Below, piece by piece: positions 49,496 to 58,403 of a stretch of 64,000 nucleotides of DNA. Where the stretch lies: positions 22,613 through 86,612 of the forward strand of contig JAMCRP010000001.1 of assembly GCA_023380635.1 (NCBI GenBank), written 5' to 3'. The notes beneath the pieces were generated by a model. It saw only the letters and a list, made by a program, of their open reading frames with translations, did not search any database and was not told the DNA's origin. This DNA is from Patescibacteria group bacterium. GTDB lineage: Bacteria > Patescibacteriota > Microgenomatia > JAMCZE01. Position numbers and translations under genes: made by a program. Every line of letters starts with the position of its first letter. The first letter of the stretch is position 1.

Positions 49496-49813
49496 TTAGT
49501 GGCTAGTATCGTCAGTCCCTGGCTGAATAACGAAGTAGAAATTGTCTGTGGACAGCTCATGGCGGCAACTTGTTTTGACAGAAGCATTGCCATAAAGATC
49601 CTTTGCTGCCCCACTGACAGTTAGTTTTTCTAAATCTGAGCAACTGGAAAAATCAGTTGAGGTTGGGCTGCTAGTCGGCATAGGAGAAACAGATTGCCGA
49701 CCATACTCAACTCCAGCTCGAAGTGTAAAAGGTAAACCAAGAAGTAAGGCGATAAGAATAATATCGCGAACAAACCGCGCATTTTTGTAAGGCCGAAATT
49801 CGGGCGATTTCAT
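49496..49813 (-). CDS. Small membrane/secreted hypothetical protein
   Basis: 105 aa, N-terminal TM (IILIALLLGLPFTL), Ser/Thr-rich; no motif. Confidence 0.35.
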   Translation of the reverse strand: MKSPEFRPYKNARFVRDIILIALLLGLPFTLRAGVEYGRQSVSPMPTSSPTSTDFSSCSDLEKLTVSGAAKDLYGNASVKTSCRHELSTDNFYFVIQPGTDDTSH

Positions 49814-49823
49814 ACCCTATAGT

Positions 49824-51047
49824 TTAATTTGGTTTGGCTGGTTTGTCAAATTCTCCACTAATGTATTTTTGGCATTTCTTCTGAAATAGTTCCAAATATT
49901 CCGGAGCCGCAGCTAAAGATTGATCCTGCATAACTAGTTGTTCGAAATTAGGATCACTTTCACGGCGATCCTGATTATACTTTCTCTCTAATTTTCCATT
50001 GTAGTCGCCATGAACGGCGACGCTGGTAATTAAACGCACGACATCTGTCTCTGGTTCTTTGTCTTGAATCCGGCCAAGGACCAGCAGTAGTTTTGAGTCT
50101 GGTTGGTGGTCAGAAGCCCCGATCGCATTGGCGGCAACAGATCTAATTAGCGTCATTGCTAAATGAATTTCCCGCCCATATTTATCTTCGTGGCCCATAT
50201 TCGCATCGTGTAGTTTGTTCTGATCCAGAAAACTGCTGGATGGCTGAAGAAGACTATGGAGTGGTCCTTCTTCCGTTCCCACATCTACCAAGCTGTTGAT
50301 AGTTTGCGAATAATTTTGTTTGAGCTGTTTTTCGTCAAAGTAAATATCTCCGACAATCCCCGCCGGGATTTTTTCCAGCCAGTTACCATTAAAACCAAGA
50401 ATCTTGTCCCCGCCTGGGAAAAATTGAAAGTAGTCAAAGAATTTTTCCGGTAGATCCGAAGGAATTTGTGGTGTTTTGCCGTCACGAAAATCAGTCGGGT
50501 TAAGTTTGTCAGAGAGAAGTCGGTTAACCGCCCAAAATCCTGGCCAAAGCTCGTTAAACATCTTTTGCAAGGTTTCGTTGGCCTCGATATTGTTATGGTA
50601 AGCCACCAGTTCATTAATAATTGTTTCTCTGTCCAAGTTATTGACGGCGGTTTTGCCATCTAGATTTTTCAGTCGGTTGACGCCGCTTTCGAGCCGTTCC
50701 AAATATAACCGATCTGGGCCGGGTTTGCGGCCAAAAACCACTTGGGCCCTGGATCGGATAGCAGCGAAGGTTTTAGAGTCACTGATTTGTAATTTTTTGG
50801 CATCGTCATCAAGCAGGTCGGGGTTTAGGGGGATTTCGGCCGGCGGAAATAATGATTCTAATTGATCTGCCAATTGGCCTTGAAGACTAATTCCGCCAGC
50901 CGCTACGGCAAGAGTCGACAGGAACATAATACCCATGAATTTTCGTCGGCTCATTGCGGCTGGGCCTAATTCTGGGAGTTTTTCAGGAGGTTCGATCAGT
51001 CCAGTCGAGAAGTTTTGTAGCTCCTGGCTCGAATTACCGTCTGGCAT
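49824..51047 (-). CDS. Hypothetical exported protein with twin-arginine-like signal (SRRKFMGIMFLSTLAVAAGG)
   Basis: 407-aa ORF. Probable true start at the Met at 50954 (MSRRKF...), giving an RR motif followed by a hydrophobic stretch. No catalytic motif recognised. Confidence 0.45.
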   Translation of the reverse strand: MPDGNSSQELQNFSTGLIEPPEKLPELGPAAMSRRKFMGIMFLSTLAVAAGGISLQGQLADQLESLFPPAEIPLNPDLLDDDAKKLQISDSKTFAAIRSRAQVVFGRKPGPDRLYLERLESGVNRLKNLDGKTAVNNLDRETIINELVAYHNNIEANETLQKMFNELWPGFWAVNRLLSDKLNPTDFRDGKTPQIPSDLPEKFFDYFQFFPGGDKILGFNGNWLEKIPAGIVGDIYFDEKQLKQNYSQTINSLVDVGTEEGPLHSLLQPSSSFLDQNKLHDANMGHEDKYGREIHLAMTLIRSVAANAIGASDHQPDSKLLLVLGRIQDKEPETDVVRLITSVAVHGDYNGKLERKYNQDRRESDPNFEQLVMQDQSLAAAPEYLELFQKKCQKYISGEFDKPAKPN

Positions 51048-51132
51048 TTCAATCGATTCTCCTGCTATTTTGTAGGGATGTCAACTTTCCCAACATTGGA
51101 AGGCGGAAAATTGGTTGAAAAGATTTTGTTTA

Positions 51133-51816
51133 TTACTTTAAGGTCTCAAGAGCAATCCTAGCAGCCTCCTGCTCAGCTTCCTGCTTACTCTTGCCTGTGC
51201 CCCGGGCCAGTTCGCGTCTGCCGGCTTTCACGGCAATGGTAAAGGTTTTGTCATGATCCGGCCCAGTCTCGGAAATCATTTCGTAAGCCGGAGCAACCTT
51301 CTCCTTGTTTTGAATCACTTCCTGAAGCTTGCTCTTGTAGTCATAGATACTACGGTCCGCAGTGAGCTTATCCATTTGGGAAAAGAGGTGTTTTTCCAAA
51401 AAAGTCTTTGCGGCCGGTAAGCCCTGGTCCAAATAAATCGCGCCCAGCACGGCTTCAAAAGTATTGGCCAAAAGAGACAAATTTTCCCGGCCACCGCCGT
51501 GTTCTTCGCCCTTGCTGATTAAAAGGAAATCGCCGTAATGCAGCTCTCTGGCCAGCTTACCCAAAGTTTCCGTGCGGACAATTGCCGAGCGGAGATTGGT
51601 TAATTTTCCTTCCGGATACTTCGGAAATTTCCGATAAAGTTCTGTTGAAGTCAGAACCTGGAGAACGCTGTCGCCCAGAAATTCCAGTCGTTCGTTGGAT
51701 TCCTTAAATTGTGGGTTTTCGTTTAAATATGAACGATGAATCAGAGCGCCTTCAAGCAGAGACTTGTTAGTAAACTTAATACCCAGTATTGTTTCTAGGC
51801 TTGATAAATCTGGCAT
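51133..51816 (-). CDS. rnc: Ribonuclease III
   Basis: RNase III signature ERLEFLGDSVL, catalytic E in FEAVLGAIYLD region, C-terminal dsRBD (GPDHDKTFTIAV...GKSKQEAEQEAA); 227 aa. Confidence 0.9.
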   Translation of the reverse strand: MPDLSSLETILGIKFTNKSLLEGALIHRSYLNENPQFKESNERLEFLGDSVLQVLTSTELYRKFPKYPEGKLTNLRSAIVRTETLGKLARELHYGDFLLISKGEEHGGGRENLSLLANTFEAVLGAIYLDQGLPAAKTFLEKHLFSQMDKLTADRSIYDYKSKLQEVIQNKEKVAPAYEMISETGPDHDKTFTIAVKAGRRELARGTGKSKQEAEQEAARIALETLK

Positions 51817-51821
51817 TCAAA

Positions 51822-52442
51822 TTAGTCCTTGTGGTCTTCAATATAATCAAGAATGTCTCCCACCGTTTTCATTTTATTCCCTTTTTCAAACTCCAGGCCC
51901 AAATCTCTTTCCAGCCTGGCCAAAAGATCGGCAATTTCCAAATCGGTAGCGTTTAGATCCGCACGAAGATCTGCTTCGGGAGTAACATTTTTCTGATCCG
52001 CGCCCAGATTATCAGCAATAATTTTAAGCGTCCGGGCGGGCGAAACCAAAACTTTGCCTAAGGCTCCGTTTACAAATGCCGGAGAATTCTCCCCGCCGAA
52101 TTCTTTCGCCAGTTCCACGGCCTCATCGATAACTACCTTAGACGGTTCCGTCGGAGCCAACAGCAGTTCGTAAACTCCCAGGCGCAAAATCGCCAGATCG
52201 ACGGGATTAATTCTATCAATAGCAAATTCGGGAGCGGCTTCGGAAATGGTCTTATCGATAGAATCAAGGTGTGTCAGGATCTGTTGGGCCAAGTCAGAGT
52301 CCACTTTCTGCGGGTGAAATCCGCGAGCAAAAAGTTCCTGGACGGCTTTCTGGCGTTTAAGATGGCGCGGGTCTAAAGCACTCTTCATGATCTGGCTCCA
52401 CAGAACTTGCAAGCCATGTGAGGAAGTTTGGGTTTTTGGCAT
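51822..52442 (-). CDS. nusB: Transcription antitermination factor NusB fused to a C-terminal acyl-carrier-protein-like domain
   Basis: NusB core (RHLKRQKAVQELFA...AILRLGVYELL...VVIDEAVELAKEFGGENSPAFVNGALGKV). C-terminal 65 aa LRADLNATDLEIADLLARLERDLGLEFEK...TVGDILDYIEDH aligns with ACP ([21 protein letters not shown]...AIDYI), with Thr replacing the phosphopantetheine Ser; 206 aa. Confidence 0.75.
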   Translation of the reverse strand: MPKTQTSSHGLQVLWSQIMKSALDPRHLKRQKAVQELFARGFHPQKVDSDLAQQILTHLDSIDKTISEAAPEFAIDRINPVDLAILRLGVYELLLAPTEPSKVVIDEAVELAKEFGGENSPAFVNGALGKVLVSPARTLKIIADNLGADQKNVTPEADLRADLNATDLEIADLLARLERDLGLEFEKGNKMKTVGDILDYIEDHKD

Positions 52443-52543
52443 TTCGGGCAGGTGATTAGAGAGGCCAGCCTAAGAGTTAAGGCAGCGCGTCTTTTTCCCT
52501 GTCGTTTGCGTGATAGTTTGCGTTTAGGTAAGGGTGTCATGTT

Positions 52544-54526
52544 TTAATTACTGGCGATATTAATTTTACTTTCCTCAAGAAGCTGACGCAAGAGAGGAAA
52601 ATTTTCCAGGTTTAAAGTAACTTTTTGGGCAAGCTGGTTGGTTCTTTCGATTAAATCCAGATCAGAGAAATCGGCGATCCTGAGATCCCAGCGGCCATGC
52701 TGGGCGGTACCGAACCGCTGGCCTGGTCCCCGGAACCGCAGGTCTATTTCCGCCAGCTCCATGCCATTATTAATTTTCTCCAGATTTTTCAGCCGCTTTA
52801 CGGCGTATTCAGATTCGTTTTCCGTAAACAACAGGCAGTAAGATTGTCTATCGGCCCGTCCGACCCGGCCGCGCAGCTGGTGCAGCTGGGCCAATCCAAA
52901 ACGATCGGCAGCTTCAATAACCATAATCGTGGCTGTCGGAATATCAATTCCCACCTCGACAACGGGCGTGGCGACCAGGATGTCCAGTTTTCCCCGGCGA
53001 AAATCCTCCAGCACTTTATCTTTTTCTTTTGGCTTCATCCGGCCATGCAATAACCCCAGTTTAAGGTCAGGAAATACATTTTTCGACAGATAGTCGTATT
53101 CGGTTTTGGCCGATTTGACGGTTTGCAGGGTTTCCGACTCTTCGATTAGCGGGCAAACGATAAACGCCTGGGTTTTTTGTTGTTTGATCCATTCATAGGC
53201 AGCCTTCCGCTTATGTTTGGGGACAACCCAGGTTTTAACCGGCAGCCGGTTTTTGGGCAGCTCGTCAAGGACGGACAAATTCAGATCGCCATACAAAGTC
53301 AGAGCAATTGTCCTGGGAATGGGGGTAGCGGTCATGGTCAGAATGTGAGGATTAATCCCCTTCTCGGCCAATTTGGCCCTTTGAGAAACGCCAAAGCGAT
53401 GTTGTTCGTCAATAACTATCAGGCCTAACTTTTTAAAATTAAGGTCATCAGAGAGCAGAGCGTGGGTGCCGACAATTATCCCTTTGTTTTGATAATCTTT
53501 TTTGCTGCCGGTAGCAATGCCGACATCCATCCCGAGCTTTCTAAGGGTTTCGTAGTGCTGGTTAGCCAAAATTTCCGTCGGGGCCATTAAGGCGGCCTGA
53601 AAACCGTTCAAAGTGGTTGCCAGCATGGCCAGGGCCGCCACAACAGTTTTGCCGGAGCCGACATCACCTTGAAGCAGCCGGTTCATTGGTCTGGCAGACG
53701 CCAGATCCTGGTAAATTTCGTTAACTACTTTTTTCTGAGCGGCGGTCAGTTCAAAAGGCAGCCTGGCAGTAAGAGCTGTCAGGTCTTTTCGCACGCCGAC
53801 AATTTCCAATTTGTTGCCAACTTGTTTTTTTTGAAGTTCGTCCCGGCGGACCTTGGCTTGAACCTGAGCCAACAACAGCTCGTCAAAGGCCAATCGTTTT
53901 TTTGCTTCCTCCGCCTGTTTCAAGTTATCCGGAAAGTGAACTTTGATGATGGCTTCTTGCAGCGGCATCAGTCCGTTTTCCTCCAGGACTACTTTTGGTA
54001 AATACTCATTAATCTTCCCGACTTCTCTGATATTCTCAAGTAAAGTATGAATCTTTCCCCTCAGCCACTTGCTTGATATCCCTTCCGTTTCCGGATAGAC
54101 GGGCACCAGTCGGCCGGTGTGAATCGCTCCTTTGCCGGGGTAAATAACTTCGTACTGCGGAGCCGTCAGCTGGAGTTTATGGTTATTTTTCTCTACTTTG
54201 CCGGAGAGCGAGACATAGTCGTCCTTATGCAAAACCCGGGTCAAAAATCTTTGGTTAAACCACAAGATGTCAAGTGTTCCGGTGTCATCCTGAATTTTTG
54301 CCTGTTGGAGCATGAACCCGTTTTTGGTGTAAACATTTTTAATTTCCAGAATTTTCCCCTGAACTGTTACCGTTTCCCCTTCCTGAAGATTCGCAATTTT
54401 GGAAATAAGCGAAAAGTCTTCATAACGGGAGGGAAGATGGTAGAGAAGATCTCTGGCCGTTCTAATTCCTAACTTTTCCAGCTTTCGGGCGTATGCCGGG
54501 CCAACACCCGGGATCTTGTTGTTCAT
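52544..54526 (-). CDS. recG: ATP-dependent DNA helicase RecG
   Basis: Wedge domain, then SF2 helicase motifs LLQGDVGSGKTVVA (I), IDEQHRFGV (II), TATPIPRT (III), HGRMK, and QLRGRVGR (VI); 660 aa. Confidence 0.9.
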   Translation of the reverse strand: MNNKIPGVGPAYARKLEKLGIRTARDLLYHLPSRYEDFSLISKIANLQEGETVTVQGKILEIKNVYTKNGFMLQQAKIQDDTGTLDILWFNQRFLTRVLHKDDYVSLSGKVEKNNHKLQLTAPQYEVIYPGKGAIHTGRLVPVYPETEGISSKWLRGKIHTLLENIREVGKINEYLPKVVLEENGLMPLQEAIIKVHFPDNLKQAEEAKKRLAFDELLLAQVQAKVRRDELQKKQVGNKLEIVGVRKDLTALTARLPFELTAAQKKVVNEIYQDLASARPMNRLLQGDVGSGKTVVAALAMLATTLNGFQAALMAPTEILANQHYETLRKLGMDVGIATGSKKDYQNKGIIVGTHALLSDDLNFKKLGLIVIDEQHRFGVSQRAKLAEKGINPHILTMTATPIPRTIALTLYGDLNLSVLDELPKNRLPVKTWVVPKHKRKAAYEWIKQQKTQAFIVCPLIEESETLQTVKSAKTEYDYLSKNVFPDLKLGLLHGRMKPKEKDKVLEDFRRGKLDILVATPVVEVGIDIPTATIMVIEAADRFGLAQLHQLRGRVGRADRQSYCLLFTENESEYAVKRLKNLEKINNGMELAEIDLRFRGPGQRFGTAQHGRWDLRIADFSDLDLIERTNQLAQKVTLNLENFPLLRQLLEESKINIASN

Positions 54527-54636
54527 ACCCGAATTCTACCGCAAAGAGAACAGGGGTAAAAGCGAAGTGGCGATTAGAGCCAGCGAAGAGACAATCACGA
54601 TAACCTTCCAAATCCATTGATGCTTGCGAAATAAGT

Positions 54637-55782
54637 TCATATTATTTTGATAAACTTCTTTTTACCAATGCGGTAGGTTCCGGGGAGGATTTTATCACTT
54701 TCCAGCTTTTTTCCGTCAACTTCAATGGCGCCTTGATCAACCAGCCGTTTCCATTCGGACTTGCTGGCGACAATACCCTTACTCACTAAATCTTCTACCG
54801 ATTCAGCCTTAATCTCTTCCACTTCCCCAATTTCGCCTTTCTGAAAAGTTTTCTCCCAAGCGCTTTGGGCTTTGTCCGCGGCTTGTTTACTGTGTAGTTC
54901 GCTAACAATTTCGTGCGCCAGTTCTTTCTTTAAAACCATCGGATTCTCCCCACTTTCAAGGCGTTTTTTGATTTCCCCGACTTTCTCCATCGGTAAATCG
55001 GTGGCCAAAGTGAAGTACTGAATAATAAGGTCGTCTTTAAGAGACATCACTTTTCCAAACATCTCTTCTGGACTGTCATCGAGCCAGATGGCGTTGCCCC
55101 AGCTTTTGCTCATTTTTCGCCCGTCAGTGCCCTCCAAGTAACCCGTGACTAAAACAAACGACTCTTTGTTGCGGAAGTCTTTCTGGAGCACGCGCCCAGC
55201 CTGCATATTAAAAGTTTGGTCCGGGCCGCCAATCTGGATGTCGGTATCCAGGTGGTAGCTGTCGTAGCCTTGCATGACAGGATAAATAACTTCATCAAGG
55301 CGTACGGAACCACCAGAAGCAAGGCGTTTCTTAATCAGTTCCCGGCTAATAAAATCATTTAAAGAGTAATGTCTGATCAGCTCGACAATTTCCTCAAAGC
55401 GGAGATTTTTTAGCCACTCGCTGTTGTGGTGCAATTCAATTTTAGAAAAATCAACCAGCTTTTCCGCTTGAGCTTTATAGTCTTTGAAGTTTTTCTGGAT
55501 TTGTTCTTTGGTTAAAACCGGCCGTTCTGATTCCTTATCGGAGGTATCGCCGATAAGGGCCGTAAAATCCCCAATAATAAAGGTAACATGGTGGCCTAGT
55601 TCGACAAACGTCTGGAGTCTGCGAAGTGGGACAGCGTTGCCAATATGAATATGAACTGCGGTCGGATCGATTCCGAAGTAAACGTTAAGTTTCTTGCCGG
55701 AACGCAAAGCTTTCTCTAACGTTTCCTTATTGGAAATGATATTCTCTACTCCACGGCTAAGCAGCTCATCAATTTTATCCAT
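54637..55782 (-). CDS. tyrS: Tyrosine--tRNA ligase
   Basis: GIDPTAVHIHIGNAVPL (HIGH-type motif present as HIGN), KMSKS motif (KMSKSWGNAI), C-terminal S4-like domain; 381 aa. Confidence 0.9.
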   Translation of the reverse strand: MDKIDELLSRGVENIISNKETLEKALRSGKKLNVYFGIDPTAVHIHIGNAVPLRRLQTFVELGHHVTFIIGDFTALIGDTSDKESERPVLTKEQIQKNFKDYKAQAEKLVDFSKIELHHNSEWLKNLRFEEIVELIRHYSLNDFISRELIKKRLASGGSVRLDEVIYPVMQGYDSYHLDTDIQIGGPDQTFNMQAGRVLQKDFRNKESFVLVTGYLEGTDGRKMSKSWGNAIWLDDSPEEMFGKVMSLKDDLIIQYFTLATDLPMEKVGEIKKRLESGENPMVLKKELAHEIVSELHSKQAADKAQSAWEKTFQKGEIGEVEEIKAESVEDLVSKGIVASKSEWKRLVDQGAIEVDGKKLESDKILPGTYRIGKKKFIKII

Positions 55783-55841
55783 AGGCTTATCATAGAGGCT
55801 AGTTTTGTTTTTGGCAAGATTTTGTTAAACTAGGACATCAT

Positions 55842-58403
55842 ATGTGGCTGCGAAAATTGCGGCGAATGTGGTATAACCCCGCTGAACGCTTGAGGCTGCT
55901 GGCTTATCTTTCCGGTGGTATCTTTGCGGCAATTATTGCAGGAACGATTCTGACGGCGATAGTCTTTGCAGTTTTTTCCCTCAACCTCCCCGATCCGAAC
56001 AAAGTCATCCGCCATGATGGTTTTTCGACAATTATTACTGACCGTAATGGCAAGACGCTTTATGATGTTTACGGCGACCAGAACCGGATCCCTCTGGAAT
56101 TAAAAGATATTCCCAAATATCTTCAAGAGGCGACTATCTCCGTAGAGGACAAGAATTTTTATCAGCATCAGGGTTTTAGTCTCACTGGTATAGCTCGCTC
56201 GGCCATAGGGATTGTGACTTTTCAGGGAATTTCCGGCGGTTCGACTTTGACCCAGCAACTGGTGAAAAATGTTCTTCTTTCACCGGAACAGACGATCTTC
56301 CGGAAAATTAAGGAAGTAATTCTGGCCAGTCAGATCGAGAAAAAATTCACCAAAGACCAAATTCTTCAGATGTATCTTAACGAAGCACCATACGGCGGAG
56401 CCACCTACGGCGTCGAGTCGGCCTCCAAATATTATTTTGGCAAAAGCGCCAAAGATCTCGACCTGGTGGAAGCCGCCATTTTGGCTGGTCTTCCCCAGCA
56501 ACCGTCTTATTACGATCCTTTCGGAGCTCATCCGAAGGCCTATGTTGACCGGGCCGGTCATGTTTTGCGGCGAATGCGGGAAGATGGCTACATTACGGCT
56601 CAGCAGGAAACCGATGCGGACAAACAGCTGGATTCGGTTCAATTTGCCACTCAGTCAGGAACGATCAAGGCACCACATTTTGTCTTTTATGTTAAAGACG
56701 AATTGGTTAAACGCTTCGGTGAGCAGATGGTGGAGTCCGGCGGTCTGAAGGTAACTACCTCATTGGATTATGACCTGGAACAACAGGTGGAACAAATCGT
56801 CAATGAAGAAGTCAAAAAAATTAAGCCGCTAAAAGTGAGCAACGGCGCGGCGGTGGTGATGAACCCTCAGACCGGAGAGATATTGGCCATGGACGGCTCT
56901 TATGATTATTTCGACAAGGATTACGGCAGTTTTAATGTGGCTACTGCCTTGCGGCAACCGGGTTCTTCCGGCAAACCGTTTATTTACGCGACGGCTTTCC
57001 AGAAAAATTACACTCCGGCGACACTTCTTATGGATGTCAAAACTTCTTTTCCTTCAGGCGACCCCACGAAACCAGACTACACTCCGGAAAATTATGATCT
57101 GAAATACCGCGGTCCCATGCAGCTGCGCTTTGCCCTGGGCAATTCCATTAATACCATTGCCGTGAAACTGACCGCCCTGCTCGGGCTAAAAGACATTATG
57201 ACCAACGGTTATAATGCCGGGATTTCTACTTGGGAGCCAACGGCAGACAATATGAAAAATGTCGGTCTTTCTTTGGCGCTGGGCGGCCGAGAGGTAAAGT
57301 TATTAGATCTCACGGATGCCTATGGAGTTTTTGCCAATGGCGGAACCCGGATAGACCCCGTGGCCATTCTGAAAGTGACCGACTCGAAGGGCAAAGTGCT
57401 TTACGAATACAAGCCGGTGACCGGGAAAAGAGTTTTCTCTCCGGAAGTGAGTTTTTTGATTTCCCACATTCTTTCAGATAATAACGCCCGGAAAGATACT
57501 TTCGGCGCGGTGAACCTTTTACAGATACCGGGTAAAACGGTGGCAGTAAAAACCGGAACGACGGATCAGAAAAGAGACAACTGGACAGTGGGCTATGATC
57601 CGGGACATATTGTGGCCGGGGTTTGGGTGGGCAACAATGATAATTCCATTATGGCCCCAGCCATAACCAGTGGGGTCACCGGGGCCGCTCCTATCTGGAA
57701 CCGGATTATGAAAGCGGCTCTGGCGGATATCCCCCGGACAGAATTTAAAGTGCCGGATGATGTGACTGCGGTAACGATCGACGCCCTTTCGGGGGGGTTG
57801 CCGCACGACTCTGATCCGACCAGAAGCGAATACTTTATTAGAGGCACGGAGCCCGTTTCGCAGGGATCAATCTATAAGAAACTGAAAATTTCCAAGTCAA
57901 ATGGCAAACTGGCAAACGATTTGGAAATTAAAACCGGAAATTATGACGAGAAGGAATTTATTGTTTTTTCGGAAAACGATCCGGTGTCTGAGGCGGGCAA
58001 AAACCGCTGGCAGGAAGCCATCAACGCCTGGGTGGACGCCAACCACAAAGACGATCAAAAGTATCATCCGCCGACAGACACTTCCGATGCCGACCAAAAT
58101 ACGGTGAAAGTCAACTGGAACGGCCCGGCTGACCATGAGCGGGTTAACACTAATGATGTCCACCTGACGGCCAAGGCCTACTCGATGCGCGACATTGTCA
58201 ATTTTACGGTGACGATTAACGGGACGGTGAAGATTAATAAAAGCTCCGACACGATTGATGACACGGTTCACCTGGATAACGGAAAGTACGATATAATTTA
58301 TAAAGCTTCGGATTCTGCCGGCAATTCCGGGCAGACGGAAATTAATATCGGAGTGAATCAGGATTGGGACGCGCCTACCGCTAGCTCTTCGGGGACACCT
58401 TAA
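55842..58403 (+). CDS. Class A penicillin-binding protein (PBP1A: glycosyltransferase + transpeptidase) with C-terminal Ig-like extension
   Basis: GT51 motifs (EDKNFYQHQG, GGSTLTQQL, RKIKE), transpeptidase SSGKPF (SxxK), SLN-like, KTGTT; N-terminal TM; about 190-aa C-terminal beta-rich tail; 853 aa. Confidence 0.85.
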   Translation: MWLRKLRRMWYNPAERLRLLAYLSGGIFAAIIAGTILTAIVFAVFSLNLPDPNKVIRHDGFSTIITDRNGKTLYDVYGDQNRIPLELKDIPKYLQEATISVEDKNFYQHQGFSLTGIARSAIGIVTFQGISGGSTLTQQLVKNVLLSPEQTIFRKIKEVILASQIEKKFTKDQILQMYLNEAPYGGATYGVESASKYYFGKSAKDLDLVEAAILAGLPQQPSYYDPFGAHPKAYVDRAGHVLRRMREDGYITAQQETDADKQLDSVQFATQSGTIKAPHFVFYVKDELVKRFGEQMVESGGLKVTTSLDYDLEQQVEQIVNEEVKKIKPLKVSNGAAVVMNPQTGEILAMDGSYDYFDKDYGSFNVATALRQPGSSGKPFIYATAFQKNYTPATLLMDVKTSFPSGDPTKPDYTPENYDLKYRGPMQLRFALGNSINTIAVKLTALLGLKDIMTNGYNAGISTWEPTADNMKNVGLSLALGGREVKLLDLTDAYGVFANGGTRIDPVAILKVTDSKGKVLYEYKPVTGKRVFSPEVSFLISHILSDNNARKDTFGAVNLLQIPGKTVAVKTGTTDQKRDNWTVGYDPGHIVAGVWVGNNDNSIMAPAITSGVTGAAPIWNRIMKAALADIPRTEFKVPDDVTAVTIDALSGGLPHDSDPTRSEYFIRGTEPVSQGSIYKKLKISKSNGKLANDLEIKTGNYDEKEFIVFSENDPVSEAGKNRWQEAINAWVDANHKDDQKYHPPTDTSDADQNTVKVNWNGPADHERVNTNDVHLTAKAYSMRDIVNFTVTINGTVKINKSSDTIDDTVHLDNGKYDIIYKASDSAGNSGQTEINIGVNQDWDAPTASSSGTP

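Noticed and set aside
55783-55841. T-box leaders for tyrS and pheS
   Set aside because: tyrS spacer is only 59 bp. The pheS leader lacks the AGGGTGGNACCGCG T-box sequence on the sense strand.
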